Notes: generated from the sequence alone by a model not told the origin. Shown: positions 37,496 to 51,779, numbered from the stretch's first letter. The stretch is DNA of 64,000 nucleotides from Octopus vulgaris (GCA_951406725.2 OX597832.1:49910001-49974000); one strand, 5' to 3'. Numbers and translations: made by a program.

Positions 37496-38167
37496 ATATA
37501 TATACATATACATATGTATATCTGTATATATATAAAAGGTAGGATGTGTGTGTGTGTGTGTGTGTGTATGAGAATGTAATTTATGCATGTCCACAAATTA
37601 GCACACATGTCGCTCCAATTTTAGGAGGACATTTGTCACAATCCTAGCTGTATTTTTGTCAAATTATTTTCCCCCCTGAGCCACCAGCGAATAGCAGTAA
37701 AAATAAATTTTCAACCATAACTTAACAATTTTTCATGGCGGAGAAATCCACCATTGTTTCCAAACATGTGTTATGTCCCCTTCTAGCGACGGGTAAGTTT
37801 TTGTTAAGACATTTGTTTTTTTTTCCATTGAGGAAAAAAGTGTTTTGTCGATATACGGGCAACACACACACATAAGTACACCTATTGCATACATGTTTGT
37901 GTGTGTGTGTGTGACTGAAGCCATTTACACATAAATTACATACATAAAAAAACCCTCTCTCTCTTTTTGTCTGTCAATCACTCACTAAAAAGACGAAATA
38001 AAAAAAATCTGTTATCTATCTCTCTCTTTCTCTTCACACACACACTAACAAAACAACTTCACATGCACACTACACTTTCTGTGTTGCATACCCCATCAAA
38101 CATGCATACACACACATGGGGTGTACAACACAGAAAGTGTAGTTTGTATGAGTTGTTTTGATAGTGT

Positions 38168-38214
<47 letters not shown>

Positions 38215-38395
38215 TAGATAACAGATTTTTTTATTTTGTCTTTTTAGTGGGTGACTGACAGACAAAAAGAGAGAGAGGGATTCTTATGTATGTATGGCTT
38301 CAGTCACACACACACATGAACATGTATATGTACAAAAACGTGTATGCAGTAGGAGTACGTATGTGTGTGTGTGTGTTGCCCATATATATATATAT

Positions 38396-38770
38396 GGAGG
38401 CGCAATGGCCCAGTGGTTAGGGCAGCGGACTCGCGGTCATAGGATCGCGGTTTCGATTCCCAGACCGGGCGTTGTGAGTGTTTATTGAGCGAAAACAGCT
38501 AGGCTCCGGCAGGGGATGGTGGTGATCCCTGCTGTACTCTTTCACCACAACTTTCTCTCACTCTTACTTCCTGTTTCTGTTGTACCTGTATTTCAAGGGG
38601 CCGGCCTTGTCACTCTCAGTGTCACGCTGAATATCCCCGAGAACTACGTTAAGGGTGCACGTGTCTGTGGAGTGCTCAGCCACTTACACGTTAATTTCAC
38701 GAGCAGGCTGTTCCGTTGATTCGGATCAACCGGAACCCTCATCGTCGTAACCGACGGAGTGCTTCCATCA
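38396..38770 (+). mobile_element. tRNA-derived SINE family D
   Basis: tRNA-like head GGCGCAATGGCCCAGTGGTTAGGGCAGCGGACTCG...GGTTTCGATTCCC. Copies at 56858-57234-, 43353-43660- and 19317-19450-. Confidence 0.8.
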
Positions 38771-39479
38771 TATATATATATATATATATATATGTATATT
38801 GTGATCTGAACATAATCGCTTCTGACACAGAGGATTGGGAGCCCTTTCGGGCATTCTATTTTCCTTGTTTGAAGGTTTCTCAACCCATGCGCAAAGGAGG
38901 GGGGATTTAGATGTTGGAGGTGTTGTTTTCAAAAGGGCTGGTATGTGCAACCTGATCACCTCTGCTGATCAAACTCCCAACTCATGTGCTCCCAACTTTA
39001 AATTATAAATATAGATGTTTTTGAATCAGCAATGTTGTATTCGGTTAAGTCCTATTTGGGGTGAAAAAACCAATAAACTAATTCCTTATGAGGTTCTCCA
39101 TTTAATCAGGATTTAAAAAATCGATAAACCGATTCCTCATAGGATTTCCCACTAAAATTGGCTACACCCCATTTTCAACCACAACTTTTAACAATCAAAC
39201 TCGATGCCAGCATTACTTAGGACTCATGGGATCTTAGAATGCTTTAAGTTCTCCAAAAAGGGGGGGGGGAAACAATCGATGAGTGGAAAAAATCGATTAG
39301 AAGCATTTAAAGTTATGCAATTTTAGCCAATGAAATGTCTGTCCTCACAAGCGGAAGTTGAAACTGCTTGTTGCTATGACAGCTGCAGAGTATCGTTGTT
39401 TATCCATGGAATCATATGCAAATATTTGAAAATGAAAACATAAAGGGAACAGTAAAAATTGTTTTGCAAGTTTAGAAAT

Positions 39480-39800
39480 TCGCCGTTCTGCGGCGAAACT
39501 GGTACCTTGCTATCACAGGAATATGCGAGTATGTGCGCCACAGGTCACTGTAAATAGTGGTCCTCGACAGAATTGATAGTCGAATGCAATCTGCAACTGT
39601 ATTACGGATCTGAAGAGGGCATAGAGTAAAAAAAAGAAAATCTTCTCGAGTTACGTGCCACGCACTGCCGAAAATCCATCGTTTGAGTAGCATTCGAATC
39701 CCGGTTGCACTTTCTCCTTGAAAATACAGTTTCGTCTATTTTAATAATTCTGCCAGGACCACCATCAATCTCCATTGGATTGTAGGGAAAATCTTCCGCG
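39480..39800 (-). pseudogene. Merlin/IS1595-family (ISXO2-like) DDE transposase relic, frameshifted
   Basis: One frame reads IDGGPGRIIKIDETVFSRRKCNR. After a frameshift it continues RWIFG...TTIYSDLWRTY. These are Merlin/IS1595 motifs (GG.G..V.IDE, W.FG, TI.SD.W..Y). Confidence 0.8.
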
Positions 39801-41546
39801 CAGATCTTACTCTTTTACTTGTTTCAGTCATTTGACTGCGGCCATGCTGGAGCACCGCCTTTTTTATTCGAGCAAATCGACCCCAGGACTTATTCTTTGC
39901 AAGCCTAGTACTTATTCTAGCGGTCTATTTTGCCGAACCGCTAAGTTACAGGGACGTAAACACACCAGCATAGGTTGTCAAGCGATGTTGGAGGGGGGGG
40001 GGGGTGACAAACACACACACATACATACGACGGGCTTCTTTCAGGTTCCGTCTACCAAATCTACTCACAAGGCTTTGGTCGGCCCGAGGCTATAGTAGAA
40101 GACACTTGCCCAAGGTGCCACGCAGTGGGACTGATCCCGGAACCATGTGGTTGGTAAGCAAGCTACTTACCACACCTAATTTCACATTACAGAACCTAGA
40201 TGCTGTCAATCCTTTCACCCACGATACACTAGAGTTCCCATGACAACAAACAGTTTCGACTTCCGCTGCAAGGACACTGGCTTGAAATTCATTGGGTAAA
40301 AATACATAAATTTAACTGCCTCTAACTTCTTTATTATAAATTTTTCCAATATGATAACTGCGATATTTGTCATCAGCATGCAAAGCTACATCTTTTTTAA
40401 AATCTTCAGATGAAGATTTGCGGTTAGAAGAAAACAAATTCATTTGTGCCGACCCTCAGAGCAAAAACTTAAGTTACATAATACTACAGACCATAAAAAT
40501 GTCCCGTAAAAACGTCCCGTAAAAACTTAACTGGGGGTGTAAATGGCGAAACAATAGAGTCGGTTTGAAAAATTAGCGCACTTAAGTGTACACCCCCCAC
40601 GAAATTTTAATTTCTGATTAAAGCCACTTATTTCATTTGTCACTAATGTCATTGAAAATACACGAACGTTGCGTAATCTCAATACCTCTTTAGCTCCAAT
40701 CGTGATGGGACAGATCGCTAATCAAAGTTGCTCAATTATATAATGCCCTTTCTTCATTTAAGACGGTAAAGTGTAATTTGTAGGCGATTTGGTTATTATT
40801 TCTAGCAGATATAGTGGCCGTATCGAGGATAAGGAGCCTTTTTTTTTCAGTTATCGGGTGACTATGTGAATGGCATGTTGTGGGACACATCTCCGTTCCG
40901 TTGATAAAAAATTATTAATCTTTAAATTTTACAATTTCATAATTACCCAATTCATATTAAATTAATGTTTTGGTTTAAAATGGTTTTCAACTTGTTTACT
41001 TTCTTTTTCTACGTGGATTTTTACAGACCTCATCGGCGGACAGGTTTTAAGTTTGATGGTAGAGAAATTCTCCCACCTCAGGTGTAGAGATTCCCTCGTT
41101 GGTTAGAAGCTGTGATCGAGACCCTATTGATCTTATGGCCAATTAGTCAAAGTGATGGTGCACGAAGACCTTGAATAACTTTTTGTAACAGTAATATAAT
41201 AAAAAGAAAATATATATTTCTTTACTGCCCACAAGGGGCTAAACACAGAAAGGACAAACAAGGACAGACGAAGGGATTGAGTCGATTGTAAGAGTTAGCA
41301 CTTCCTTCTCTAAGCTTGGATTCGAACACACATCCACTACACGATCATATCGTCCCCAGTGCGACTGCTGGTACTTTATTTATCGACCCCGAAAGGATGA
41401 AGGGCAAAGTTAACCTCGGCGGAATTTGAACTCAGAACGTAACGACAGAAAAAGAAAATATAAAGTAAAGGCATGCACACACTCACATCACACAATGACC
41501 TGTGTGTAAATGCGTCTTGTAATGAAGAGAAAGAGGGTAAACATAC

Positions 41547-41611
41547 CGTTTCCTCGATACGAGGTAGAACCACGAGGACCAGAGTTTACATGTTTTACGA
41601 AAGACATCCAT
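41547..41611 (-). CDS. ADP-ribosylglycohydrolase-family gene, candidate coding exon 1 (MDVFRKTCKLWSSWFYLVSRKR)
   Basis: Strong Kozak context gcaccATGG and donor CG|GTATGT. The phase-2 end matches the phase of exon 2 (CG+A = Arg). Unique non-repeat sequence. The link across the 21-kb intron is inferred. Confidence 0.6.
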
Positions 41612-42466
41612 GGTGCAATGTTAAATGCCCTCCTTTAAAATCAAGAGCCGATAACAGCGGGCGAACCTGGCTTGTTTAATGTGCATTCACGCACACAAGC
41701 ACAGTGTGTGTAGAGAAAATAATAGAGAGAGTGAGATAGAAAAAGAGACAGACTATAGCAAATAGAAAAAAGAAAAAAAAAAAGGAATTATTAATAGGAA
41801 GGAGAAAACGAATTATAAACGAAAAGTGTGAAATTGAGAAAAAGAAACTATAAACAGCAAAAACGAAAATATAAGTTAAAACGAAGTAGAATAAATAGAC
41901 AAAGCACTGAAGAGAAGTGTTTCCCCCCGGATATAATATTACAGCCCAACTGTTTCATCGCTCACCGTACAATTGCACGCTGGCTTTCAGAATTAAAAAA
42001 AAAAATTCTGTTCCCTCATTTCTCCAAATTATGAAATGAGAATTTGATTTCCGAACTCAAGATTATTTATATATATATACTCTTTTACTTGTTTCGGTCA
42101 TTTGAGTGTGGCCATGCTAGAGCACCACCTTTAGTCGAACAAATCGACCCCAGGACTTATTCTTTGTAAGCCTAGTACTTATTCTATCGGTTTCTTTTGC
42201 CAAACCGCTAAGTTACGGGGGACGTAAAAACACCAGCATCGGTTGTCAAGCGATGATGGGGGGACAAACACAAACACACACACACATATATACCTATATA
42301 AGACGGGTTTCTTTCAGTTTCCGTCTACCAAATCCACTCACATGGCTTTAGTCGGCCTGAGGCTATAATAGAAGACACTTGCTCAAGGTGCCATGCAGTG
42401 GGACTGAATCCGGAACAATGTGGTTGGTAAGTAAGCTACTTACCACACAGCCACTCCTATATATAT

Positions 42467-43200
42467 AGGCATGCCTACATAAGTGTACCCCTGTCCCGAT
42501 TTTGTTTCCTCATAACTTTCAGAAAAATAGATAATTTTTTTAAATGAAAATTTCCACAAATACGCATCAGATGGTATTAGATTCCAATAACATCAGAATT
42601 TGGTGTGAAAAAAAAGTTTCCGGGGATGCGATAAGAAGTATCGGAAAATACACACGAGTCAGCTTTGGTTTCATCCTATCTTCAGTAAAGTGGGTATTTT
42701 TTGATGAAATTTTCAACAAATACTTTTCAGATGGTGTAAATTACGATTATATTGGAATTAAATAATAAAAAAAGGAAAAGAAAGATTAGGGGGCTCGCAC
42801 ACGTCCTGTATACGTACAAAATGAAACTTGGAATTTTGGAAAAAATTGTGGTGTGTCAGTATGTATATGTGCGAGCCAACCAATTTTTTTTTTTCACATA
42901 AAATTCTAATGTAATCTACACAATCTGAAAAGATATTTGTACAAATTTTCATTAAAAAAAGTATTCATTTTCCTGAAAGATATGAGGAAACAAAGCTGAC
43001 AAGTGTGAATCTTCCGAAAAACATCCTCTTCCCCTTCTCTGAAAAAAATTTTCCCAACAAATTCCAATATAACTGGAATCTACATACCAACACTATCTGA
43101 AGCATGTTTATAGAAAATGTTGTTAAAAATATCCAATTTCCTGAAAATTATGAGGAAATAAAGTCGGTGGGTGGGGTGCACACTGGTGTAGGTATGCCTG
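42467..43200. mobile_element. Old DNA transposon derivative with long imperfect TIRs
   Basis: aggcatgcctaca...tttcctcataactttcag matches ctgaaaattatgaggaaa...tgtaggtatgcct in inverted orientation. Confidence 0.55.
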
Positions 43201-43672
43201 GTCTGGGAGGGTATCCTTGTGGAGGTGCGCCTATTGGATTGCTTATGAACTCTTTACCAACCATGGTTTGAGGTGGAGGCCATGAATTTGAGCTTGAGAT
43301 AATTTTGATAAGCCTACTCTACCGCACTGGCAGAGGATATATATATATATATCACCGTGATCACCATGACTGACCAGGCTATCAGATGTTGCCACACATC
43401 GCTGGTCACGATGCGCTTCACATTGTTTTAGCCTTCAAATGATGCCACCCCGCTGGCTAAGCGAGCAGGCCAACAGAAGAAAGAGTGAGAGAAAGTTGCG
43501 ACGAAAGAGTACAGCAGGGATCGCCACCACCCCCTGCCGGAGCCTCATGGAGCTTTAGGTGTTTTCGCTCAATAAACACTCACAACGCCCAATCTGGGAA
43601 TCGAAACCGCGATCCTACAACCACGAGTCTGCTGCCCTAGCCACCGGGCCATTGCACCTCCACACACACACA

Positions 43673-43708
<36 letters not shown>

Positions 43709-45664
43709 TATATATATGTATACTGGATTGCATCTGATTGCCTATGTTCAGTCCACTGCAGGGTGAAGGCCTCAGCATGTTCTCTCCACCAACCACAATC
43801 AGATGTGGAGGCCATGAATTCTACTGAGATCATACTGGTTTGACGATCCTACTCTGCCACACTGGCTCAACATGGCTTGGCAGAAGGATGTAGTATCATT
43901 TCTCTTATACCCAAGAGTAGTTCAGCTGATTGCAAGGACCCCACTACTCAGTTGGTATTTATTTTATTGAACCCCAAAAACGAAAGGCTAAGTTGACCTT
44001 GGTGGAATTTGAACTCAGAATGCAAAAGCAGACAAAATATAGCTATAAAGAATTCAATTGTGATAGTCTCTCTCACTCTTTACTCTTTTACTTGTTTCAG
44101 TCATTTGACTGCGGCCATGCTGGAGCACCGCCTTTAGTCAAGCACATCGACCCCAGAACTTATTCTTTGTAAGCCTAGTACTTATTCTATCGGTCTCTTT
44201 TTGCCAAACCACTAAGTTACGGGGATGTAAACACACACCAGCATCGGTTGTCAAGCGATGGTGGGGCGACAAACATAGACACAGAAACATATACATGCAC
44301 ATACATACATATATATATATATACACATATATATGACGGGCTTCTTTCAATTTCTGTCTACCAAATCCACTCACAAGATTTTGGTCGGCCCGAGGCTATA
44401 GTAGAAGACACTTGCCCAAGGTGTTATGCAGTGGGACTGAACCCGGAACCATGTGGTTGGTAAGCAAGCTACTTACCACACAGCCACTCTTGCGCCTGTG
44501 CAGAAAAATTAATCTCCAACTGCATAAAAGTAAGGCGCAGGAGTGGCTGTGTGGTAAGTAGCATGCTTACCAACCACATGGTTCCGGGTTCAGTCCCACT
44601 GTGTGGCATCTTGGGCAAGTGTCTTCTACTATAGCCTCGGGCCAACCAAAGCCTTGTGAGTGGATTTGGGAGACGGAAACTGAAAGAAGCCCGTCATATG
44701 TATGTATGTATATATATATGTTTGTGTGTCTGTGTTTGTCCCCCTAGCATTGCTTGACAACCGATGCTGGTGTGTTTACGTCGCCGTCACTTAGCGTTTC
44801 GGCATAAGAGACCGATAGAATAAGTACTGGGCTTACAAAGAATAAGTCCTGGATTTGCTCGACTAAAGGCAGTGCTCCAGCATGGCCGCAGTCAAATGAC
44901 TGAAACAAGTAAAAGAGTAACGAGTATAACAACTTATACTGATGTAATTGCCTACATCATCATCGTTTAACGTCTGCTTTCCATGCTGGCACGGGTTGGA
45001 CGATTTGACTGAGGTCTGGCGAACCAGGCTTCAATCTGATCTGGCAGAGTTTCTTCAGCTGGATGCCCTTCCTAATGCCAACCACTCCAAGATTGTAGCA
45101 GGTGATTTTAAGTGCCACCAGCACGAGGGCCAGTTAGGTGGTAAATTGAAAAATATTAAGGTGTTGCTGCTGAATTATTCTTAAATGGGCATTTGATAGT
45201 AATTCCAAGCAAAAATAAACTTAATCAAATACTGCAAAGTATTTAGCAAACACCAAAAATCACAGTCAATTCATTGCCTTGAAAGCAAAGTTGCAGAGCT
45301 AAATTTCGTTTGTCGTATATCCAGTAAACTTGGCCTATGAAAAAACTATTGTGTCCAAGTAATGAAGTAGCTTTGTATTTGTATTTGTGCTTGTGTCAGC
45401 ATTCAGTTGAGATCAGTTGAATTCAGCTTATTAGTGATGGAACAGTGTTATGACTAGAACCCACCTGAACCTAGTGGTCAGAGGCATCCTACATGGAAAT
45501 CGTCAATCAGTTGCGGGTATTGGCTTAAGGTTTGCTATAATTGTACCAACCCATTTTGCCCTTTATTCTATTATGTGCAGGGGTCTGATTTGACTACATC
45601 ACAGATGAATTCACTCTGTGGACAACAGAGCATGTAACCAAACCAATATTTGGTTACATTTCTG

Positions 45665-46079
45665 GGATCTTTTCAATTTGAAACGGTAGTTTTTTAAAAT
45701 AATTTCCACATAACTAAACACTTTTAAACTTTGTATACTGGTAGAATGTGTTTATAAAACATCTTTTTCTCTTGGCTTTATTGAGAAAATTCTATAGTTT
45801 GTAAGATATTTGTTTTTCTTCTACAATTTCCGCCAGTTCAACCAATCAATGACGTCTGTTGAGGTAAAGAACATTCTGTGCTGTATGAATATGTCCCTTG
45901 TTTAAGAAACAGATTGGGTTTATTTACATTTGTGAAGAAAAAAGATACCCTTCCCCCCACCCCTAACCCTAACCCTAAAACAGGTTGAAATGCAATAGAT
46001 CGATATTAGGGTCATAATTATGGGTGACAATTTCATATGATACTGCTAGAAAAAACTGCCGTTCAAACCAAAAAGATCC
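45665..46079. mobile_element. MITE with GGATCTTTTCGGTTTGAACGGCAG-type TIRs and 8-bp TSD (Merlin-like)
   Basis: TIRs at both ends. Exact TSD catttctg at 45657-45664 and 46080-46087. Internal ccctaa repeats. Confidence 0.85.
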
Positions 46080-46488
46080 CATTTCTGTTTGGTTAGTTTC
46101 CTTTCTGTGACTGCTAGAGAAAGACAGAGTAAAAGGATTGCGTGCAGATAGCAACAATAAGCAGTCTACCTTCATGTGTGTTAATCTCTGTAGTTCTTTG
46201 ACCAGAGATAGGTGAATTCCAAAGAGGGAGAAAGCTATTTAACTTATGTATTTATAGTCTTTATAACTTAATTAGGTCAACCAAAAACAATAGGATTCTT
46301 CCCTATATCAGGTCTGACTTGTGAATAACTCAAAAAGACAATGGACGAGGATTCATTTGACAGTGGGAAAAATGTAGATTTGCTTTCAAATCTTTGCCTA
46401 GGTATTCTGTAGCTGTCCTCTACCAAATGAGACCAAGTCAAAACTAGCAGAGACAGCGATAAGTAGCATTCTACTGTTTCGTCTAAGT

Positions 46489-46705
46489 CAGTGGTTTTCA
46501 ACCAGGGTTCCGCGGAACCTTAGGGTTCTGCCAGTACAGTCCAGGGGTTCCACAAGAAGTTACAAAAATGCTAAAATCGACTAATTTTTAATTCTCCTGT
46601 GCAGATATGTGTGCATAAGACAGTTAAATTATTGCACAGGGGTTCCTCGAGCCAGCGAAATGTTTTCTTGGGGTTCCGCTCCAGCAAAAAGGTTGAAAAG
46701 CACTG
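46489..46705. mobile_element. hAT-type MITE
   Basis: TIRs CAGTGGTTTTCAACC / GGTTGAAAAGCACTG and exact 8-bp TSD gtctaagt. Confidence 0.85.
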
Positions 46706-48879
46706 GTCTAAGTATATATATCTATGCTTTAGGTTTACGCTGATGAAAGACATGGAGTTTATTATATTCCTAATCTAGAAACGCGTTCGTAAATAACCAT
46801 TAGACTTTGCCTTTGTTATTTCTTCCTTCTGTTTTGCATATGTAAATTACAGGGATATGTCGTATGTGGAGTCTCATTTGTAGAAAATAGAAATAAACAG
46901 TCTTTGACTGCTATTTCTAATTTTTCGGGATGTGGCTAAGCAACCTGTTGCTTGCCTCTTTTATTTATATACATTATTGGAGGAAAGCTAGTTATATATT
47001 ATCTTAAATAACTTGGTGTTGTACAATAATATATAGGTATTAAAGCAATTATAAAGAATATAAACTGAACATTTTACTGTTGAGTGACTCTAGACTGATA
47101 GTAGAGTCAAGAGTCGATTTGATCTTCACATACACACTAATAGTTGTTTTTATGTGGAGTTATGTACAAAAACAATTTAACATTAAACCAAAAGATCACT
47201 CAATACATTTTAGTCGAGTATATACAGAGCTGGATTAAGACCCATATAGATGCCCCAAGCACTTAAAAGATTTTGGTGTCCCTCCATATAAGTCTGGGAC
47301 ATTTACCTCCCCACCCCAAAGAACAATTACCCCTGACGACAACAAATGATGATTTAAAACTTAATATATTAGAGAGGGGGTAGTTGTCGTCGGTGGGGGG
47401 GATTGTTCTATGGGGTGGGGGTAATTGTCCTGATATGCTCCATATTTATGTAATTCAAAATATAAACAATAATAAACTATTAAATAAATTTTTATTTTTC
47501 AAAATGAAACAAAGCTAACAGTAAGATGGAAAATAATGTTTAATTTTTGTATACTTCCACTTATATTTGTAAAGTTTTCTCTTTTTAATTGCAAAGTCTG
47601 TGACCAGATCCTCACTACGACAACGAACACTTTAAAATTATATTTCCAATCATAATTCGAATATTATTTTAGCAAATTTAAGGTGATTTCTTTCGTACCA
47701 TAAACCATTTACCATTTCTGTGGAGCCCTATATCCCTTGATGCACTAAGCACGTGTTTGTTTTGCTAAATGGTTAATACAGCATTGAATATATAAATAAA
47801 TATCTTACAAGGAAAAAATTAAAGAAGTTTTCATCACTGGATGTAAGGGAAACAACTGTGTTGGTACAGATATTATTTGTGGTTAAATCGAAGGCAGATA
47901 TTTATCTTAGCGGAATAAAGGACTAAACTTTTATCTTCGAATCCTTTATACAGCTTTGCTGTTGTTAAGCAACAAGACGGGTAAGGGTGATAGTCTAGGG
48001 CTTAGGGGCGGGAGACCCCAGACCTTGGAAAAAAAAAAAACTTTGGTCATCTTGTAGTTGAGGGATCTTCCTTGACGCCCGACACCACTGGGAGGTGGTC
48101 CTCGAAGTCTCTGGAAATGGAGATCTCCAGGTCCAAATTCTTGCAGCCAGGAGGCTGCACCAGGATCCAGTTTGATCCGGCAGTGTTTCTACAGCTGGAT
48201 GCTCTTCCTAACGCCAACCACTCCGTGAGTGTAGTGGGTGCTTTTTACGTCCCACAAGAGGCTGGCAAACAGCCACGATCGGGTGGTGCTTTTTACGTGC
48301 CACCAGCACAGGGGCCAGAGAAAACTGGCAAACGACCACGAATGGTTGGTGCTTTTTACGTGTCACCGGTATGGACACCAGTCTAGGCGGCGCTGGCATC
48401 AGCCACGTTCGGATGGTGCATTTTACGTGCCACCGGCACGGGTATCACAGCTATAATTTCCATTTGATTTTTATTTTGATGTTGATGTAATTGACTCAAT
48501 AGGTCTCCTCAAGCACAGCAGGTCACCCTACGATCCAAGGTTAGCACAGCAGGCCGTCCTGCGAGCCATGAACTCATTTCATTTGTCGGGTTTTCGCAGT
48601 CACAGCATATATTAGTATAAATTGTTACATGTATGACTTTTTACACGCTACTGGCATAGGACCAGTCAGGCGGCACTGGCATCAACCACACTTGAATGGT
48701 GCTTTTTACGTGCTACTGGCACGAATATATATATATATATACATACATACACACGAGTGAGTGGACAAACGAAAGAAGGGCACTCAACCAATTTTTTGGG
48801 AGTTACATTTATGGATCCATATGAAGAATGTGAGCACCCTGAGAGTAAAGTAGGACATAAGAAGCATTAAATGTGGTGT

Positions 48880-49661
48880 GCAAGAGAGATGACTGCGCTG
48901 GTATAGTCATGTATTACATATGGATAAGGACAACTCTGTGAGGAAGTGCCACATCCTAACTGTGGAAGGAACCTGTGGATGAGGTAGACCCAGGAAGACA
49001 TGGGATGAGGTGGTGAAGCATGACCTTCGAATGTTGGGCCTCACAGAGGCAATGACAGGAGACCAAGACCTTTGGAGATATGCTGTGATTGAGAAGACCC
49101 AAGAACTAAAGTGAGATCGCAGCCATGGCCGATGCCAGTATTGCATGTCCAGCCCATTTAAAAGTACTTGTGTGTCAGGCGATATGATATGCTTAGGAAG
49201 ACCTGTTGAGTCAAGTAAAACCAAAATCGTAGGTGTGGCCAGTTCCCCCTGAATGGCTGTTCTGCCGCTGGCATGTAAAAAGCACCATCTGAATATGGCC
49301 GATGCCAGTGCCCCTTGACTGGCTTCCATGCCAGTGGCATGTAAAAAGCACCATCTGAATGTGGTCGATGCCAGGGCCGCCTGACTGGCTCCCATGCTTG
49401 TGGCACATAAAAAGCACCATCTTGATGTGGTTGATGCTAGTGCCCTCTGTGCTGGTGGCACGTAAAAAGCACTATCTGAATGTGATTGATGCCAGGGACG
49501 CCTGATTGGCTCCCATGCAAGTGGCACATAAAATGCACCCATTATACTCTCGGAGTGGTTGGCATTAGGAAGGGTATCTAGCTGTAGAAACATTGCCAGA
49601 GTCACAGTCGAATGACTGAAACAAGTAAAAGAGTAAATATATACATACATATATACATACC

Positions 49662-49699
<38 letters not shown>

Positions 49700-49790
49700 C
49701 ACACATATCTGGTGTAGCTGCTGGCTTTCCAGACCTCAGTCAAACAGTCAAACCCATGAAGGCATGGAAAACAGACATTAAATGATGATA
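48880..49790 (+). mobile_element. RTE-type LINE 3' end: ORF tail, tandem-repeat 3' UTR and (GAT)n tail
   Basis: Encodes GRPRKTWDEVVKHDLRMLGLTEAMTGDQDLWRYAVIEKT, then about 60-bp repeats and the common tail. Confidence 0.75.
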
Positions 49791-50363
49791 TATATATATA
49801 CACCATAGGCTTCAACATAGTTTCCACCTGCCAAATTTATTCACAAGGCATTTGTGGGCTTAGGGCTATTGTAAAAGACACTTGTCCAAGGTGCGGCATA
49901 TTGGGATTGAACCCGGGACCATCTGGTTGGAAAGTGAGCTTCTTAACCACATAGCCACACCTGCACCTTGTAGATTATTATTAAATAAAGTTTTTTTTAA
50001 TATCAATACAAAAATCTAAAAAAATAATAACTTTAGCAACACAATTTATGCAATGAAATTACAATGGAATTGTTTTCAATTTTATTAAATAAATTTTTCA
50101 AAAAAAACTGTAAAAATGAATTGATGTATTTTTGTGTTACGATTTTCTTCTTCAAATAAAGAATCATCTGGATATAGAAATAACAAAAAAAAAAAGAAAG
50201 AAAGAAAGAAAGAAAAGAAGGAGGAGAATATCTCCTTTTTATGTCAATTTTATTTTTCAGAAAATAAAATATCTTCATTCTCAATACGTTTCTGGCAGAA
50301 CCGAATGGAAAGATCTTAATGCTGTTGATGTTTGTTATCAAAGAACATCCCCTTCCTTTAGAC

Positions 50364-50626
50364 TAGTGGTTCCCAAAGTGGGCAGTATTGCCCCCCCCCC
50401 CCGGGGCAGTGGAAAATTCCAAGTGGGGCGATAATGGGGCAGCGATTCATGTAAAAACCACAAAATAATGGGTCCATTAGGTTAAGTTTTGTTTGTTAAA
50501 TAGAGTTGCTTTGAATTTGTTTCAGAAAAAGGTCTATGTTTGTGATGGTTAGTTGGGGCGGGGAGTGCTCGGAATGTAGCCTGGGTGTCAAGGGGGCAGC
50601 AGCCCGAAAAAGTTTGGGAACCACTG
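50364..50626. mobile_element. hAT-type MITE
   Basis: TIRs TAGTGGTTCCCAAA / TTTGGGAACCACTG and TSD ctttagac/ctttaggc. Confidence 0.8.
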
Positions 50627-51779
50627 CTTTAGGCCAAGGATTGGCAAGGTGGTTAATATAGATCCCTATGAGGATGAGGGAGATCTACATGGCCATCCAA
50701 GAGGTCGATAAATGTCTGAAACAATTTTGAGCATTAAGGGCCATTGAATTATTAGCAAGCTGAATCTGGAAGAGTGCAGTAATTTAAGCCTAAAAACTCA
50801 TTAATTTGCAGCCAAATATTGGTTTCAAATATTGGCACAAGGCCAGTAATTTTGGAGGAGGGAGTAAGTCAATTACATCGACCCCAGTGCTCAACCAATA
50901 CTTAATTTATCAACACCTATAGAATGAAAAGCAAAGTCAATCTCAGCAGAATTTGAACTCAGAATGCAAAGAGGGACAGAATACCGCTAAGCATTTTACC
51001 TGGCGTGCTAACAATTCTGCCAGCTCACCGATCTAATTTCCAACCAAATTTCAATGCAATAATTTGTATTCAACAAACACATATTTTACGTTAAATATTC
51101 TATCATTATATGTCTGGTATTTTATTGATCTTTATCAATTTCTTTAAGTACTTTTCATTAGATTTCTCTAAATATTAATTATCAAAAAGCAGTATTGATA
51201 TGCACGAATTAAAGAATTTTTATTAATTGTACTTGTTAATTATATTTTAGAAATTTACATGGTTGTGGTTGATATGCTAGCAATGATCCCACGAAAGGGG
51301 TCAATGACGTAAGAAGTTTGCTGTTTTGCACTATGCATGTTATGAACACACATCATCTAAAGAGAGATGTTCTCTGATGATGGAAAACAACAGCGACCGG
51401 ATACCCAGGTGAAATCTGCCAGAACTTATTAAGATTGAAAAGAAATATCACTGTTTGGATTCTCACCTTTCTGCATGAACCTCCATGAATTATTTATTTA
51501 TTTTTTTCATTTTAATTTTTTTTAATTCCAGATATGACACCAACATGGGACTAAGAGGAATATGATAGTTTTCCATAGACTGACAGCTTCTCTATAGTGT
51601 TAAAATCCCAACAGTGGAAAAAATAAACAGAAAGGGCAAAAAAAAAAAAAAAAGGGGGAAGTTATGAATGATGACATAAGCATGATATAGCGATGATAAA
51701 AATCTCCCCAATGACTACTGTGTCTAACTTTTGACATCTGTCCTGTTTTTATAATTATCATTTTGAAAGTTCTGTCTCC

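Noticed and set aside
38396-38470. tRNA-like sequence
   Set aside because: Head of a multi-copy SINE, without a proper acceptor stem or cloverleaf.
48907-49827. 306-aa ORF, the longest in the track
   Set aside because: Antisense read-through of an RTE 3' end, its tandem repeats and a TA microsatellite.
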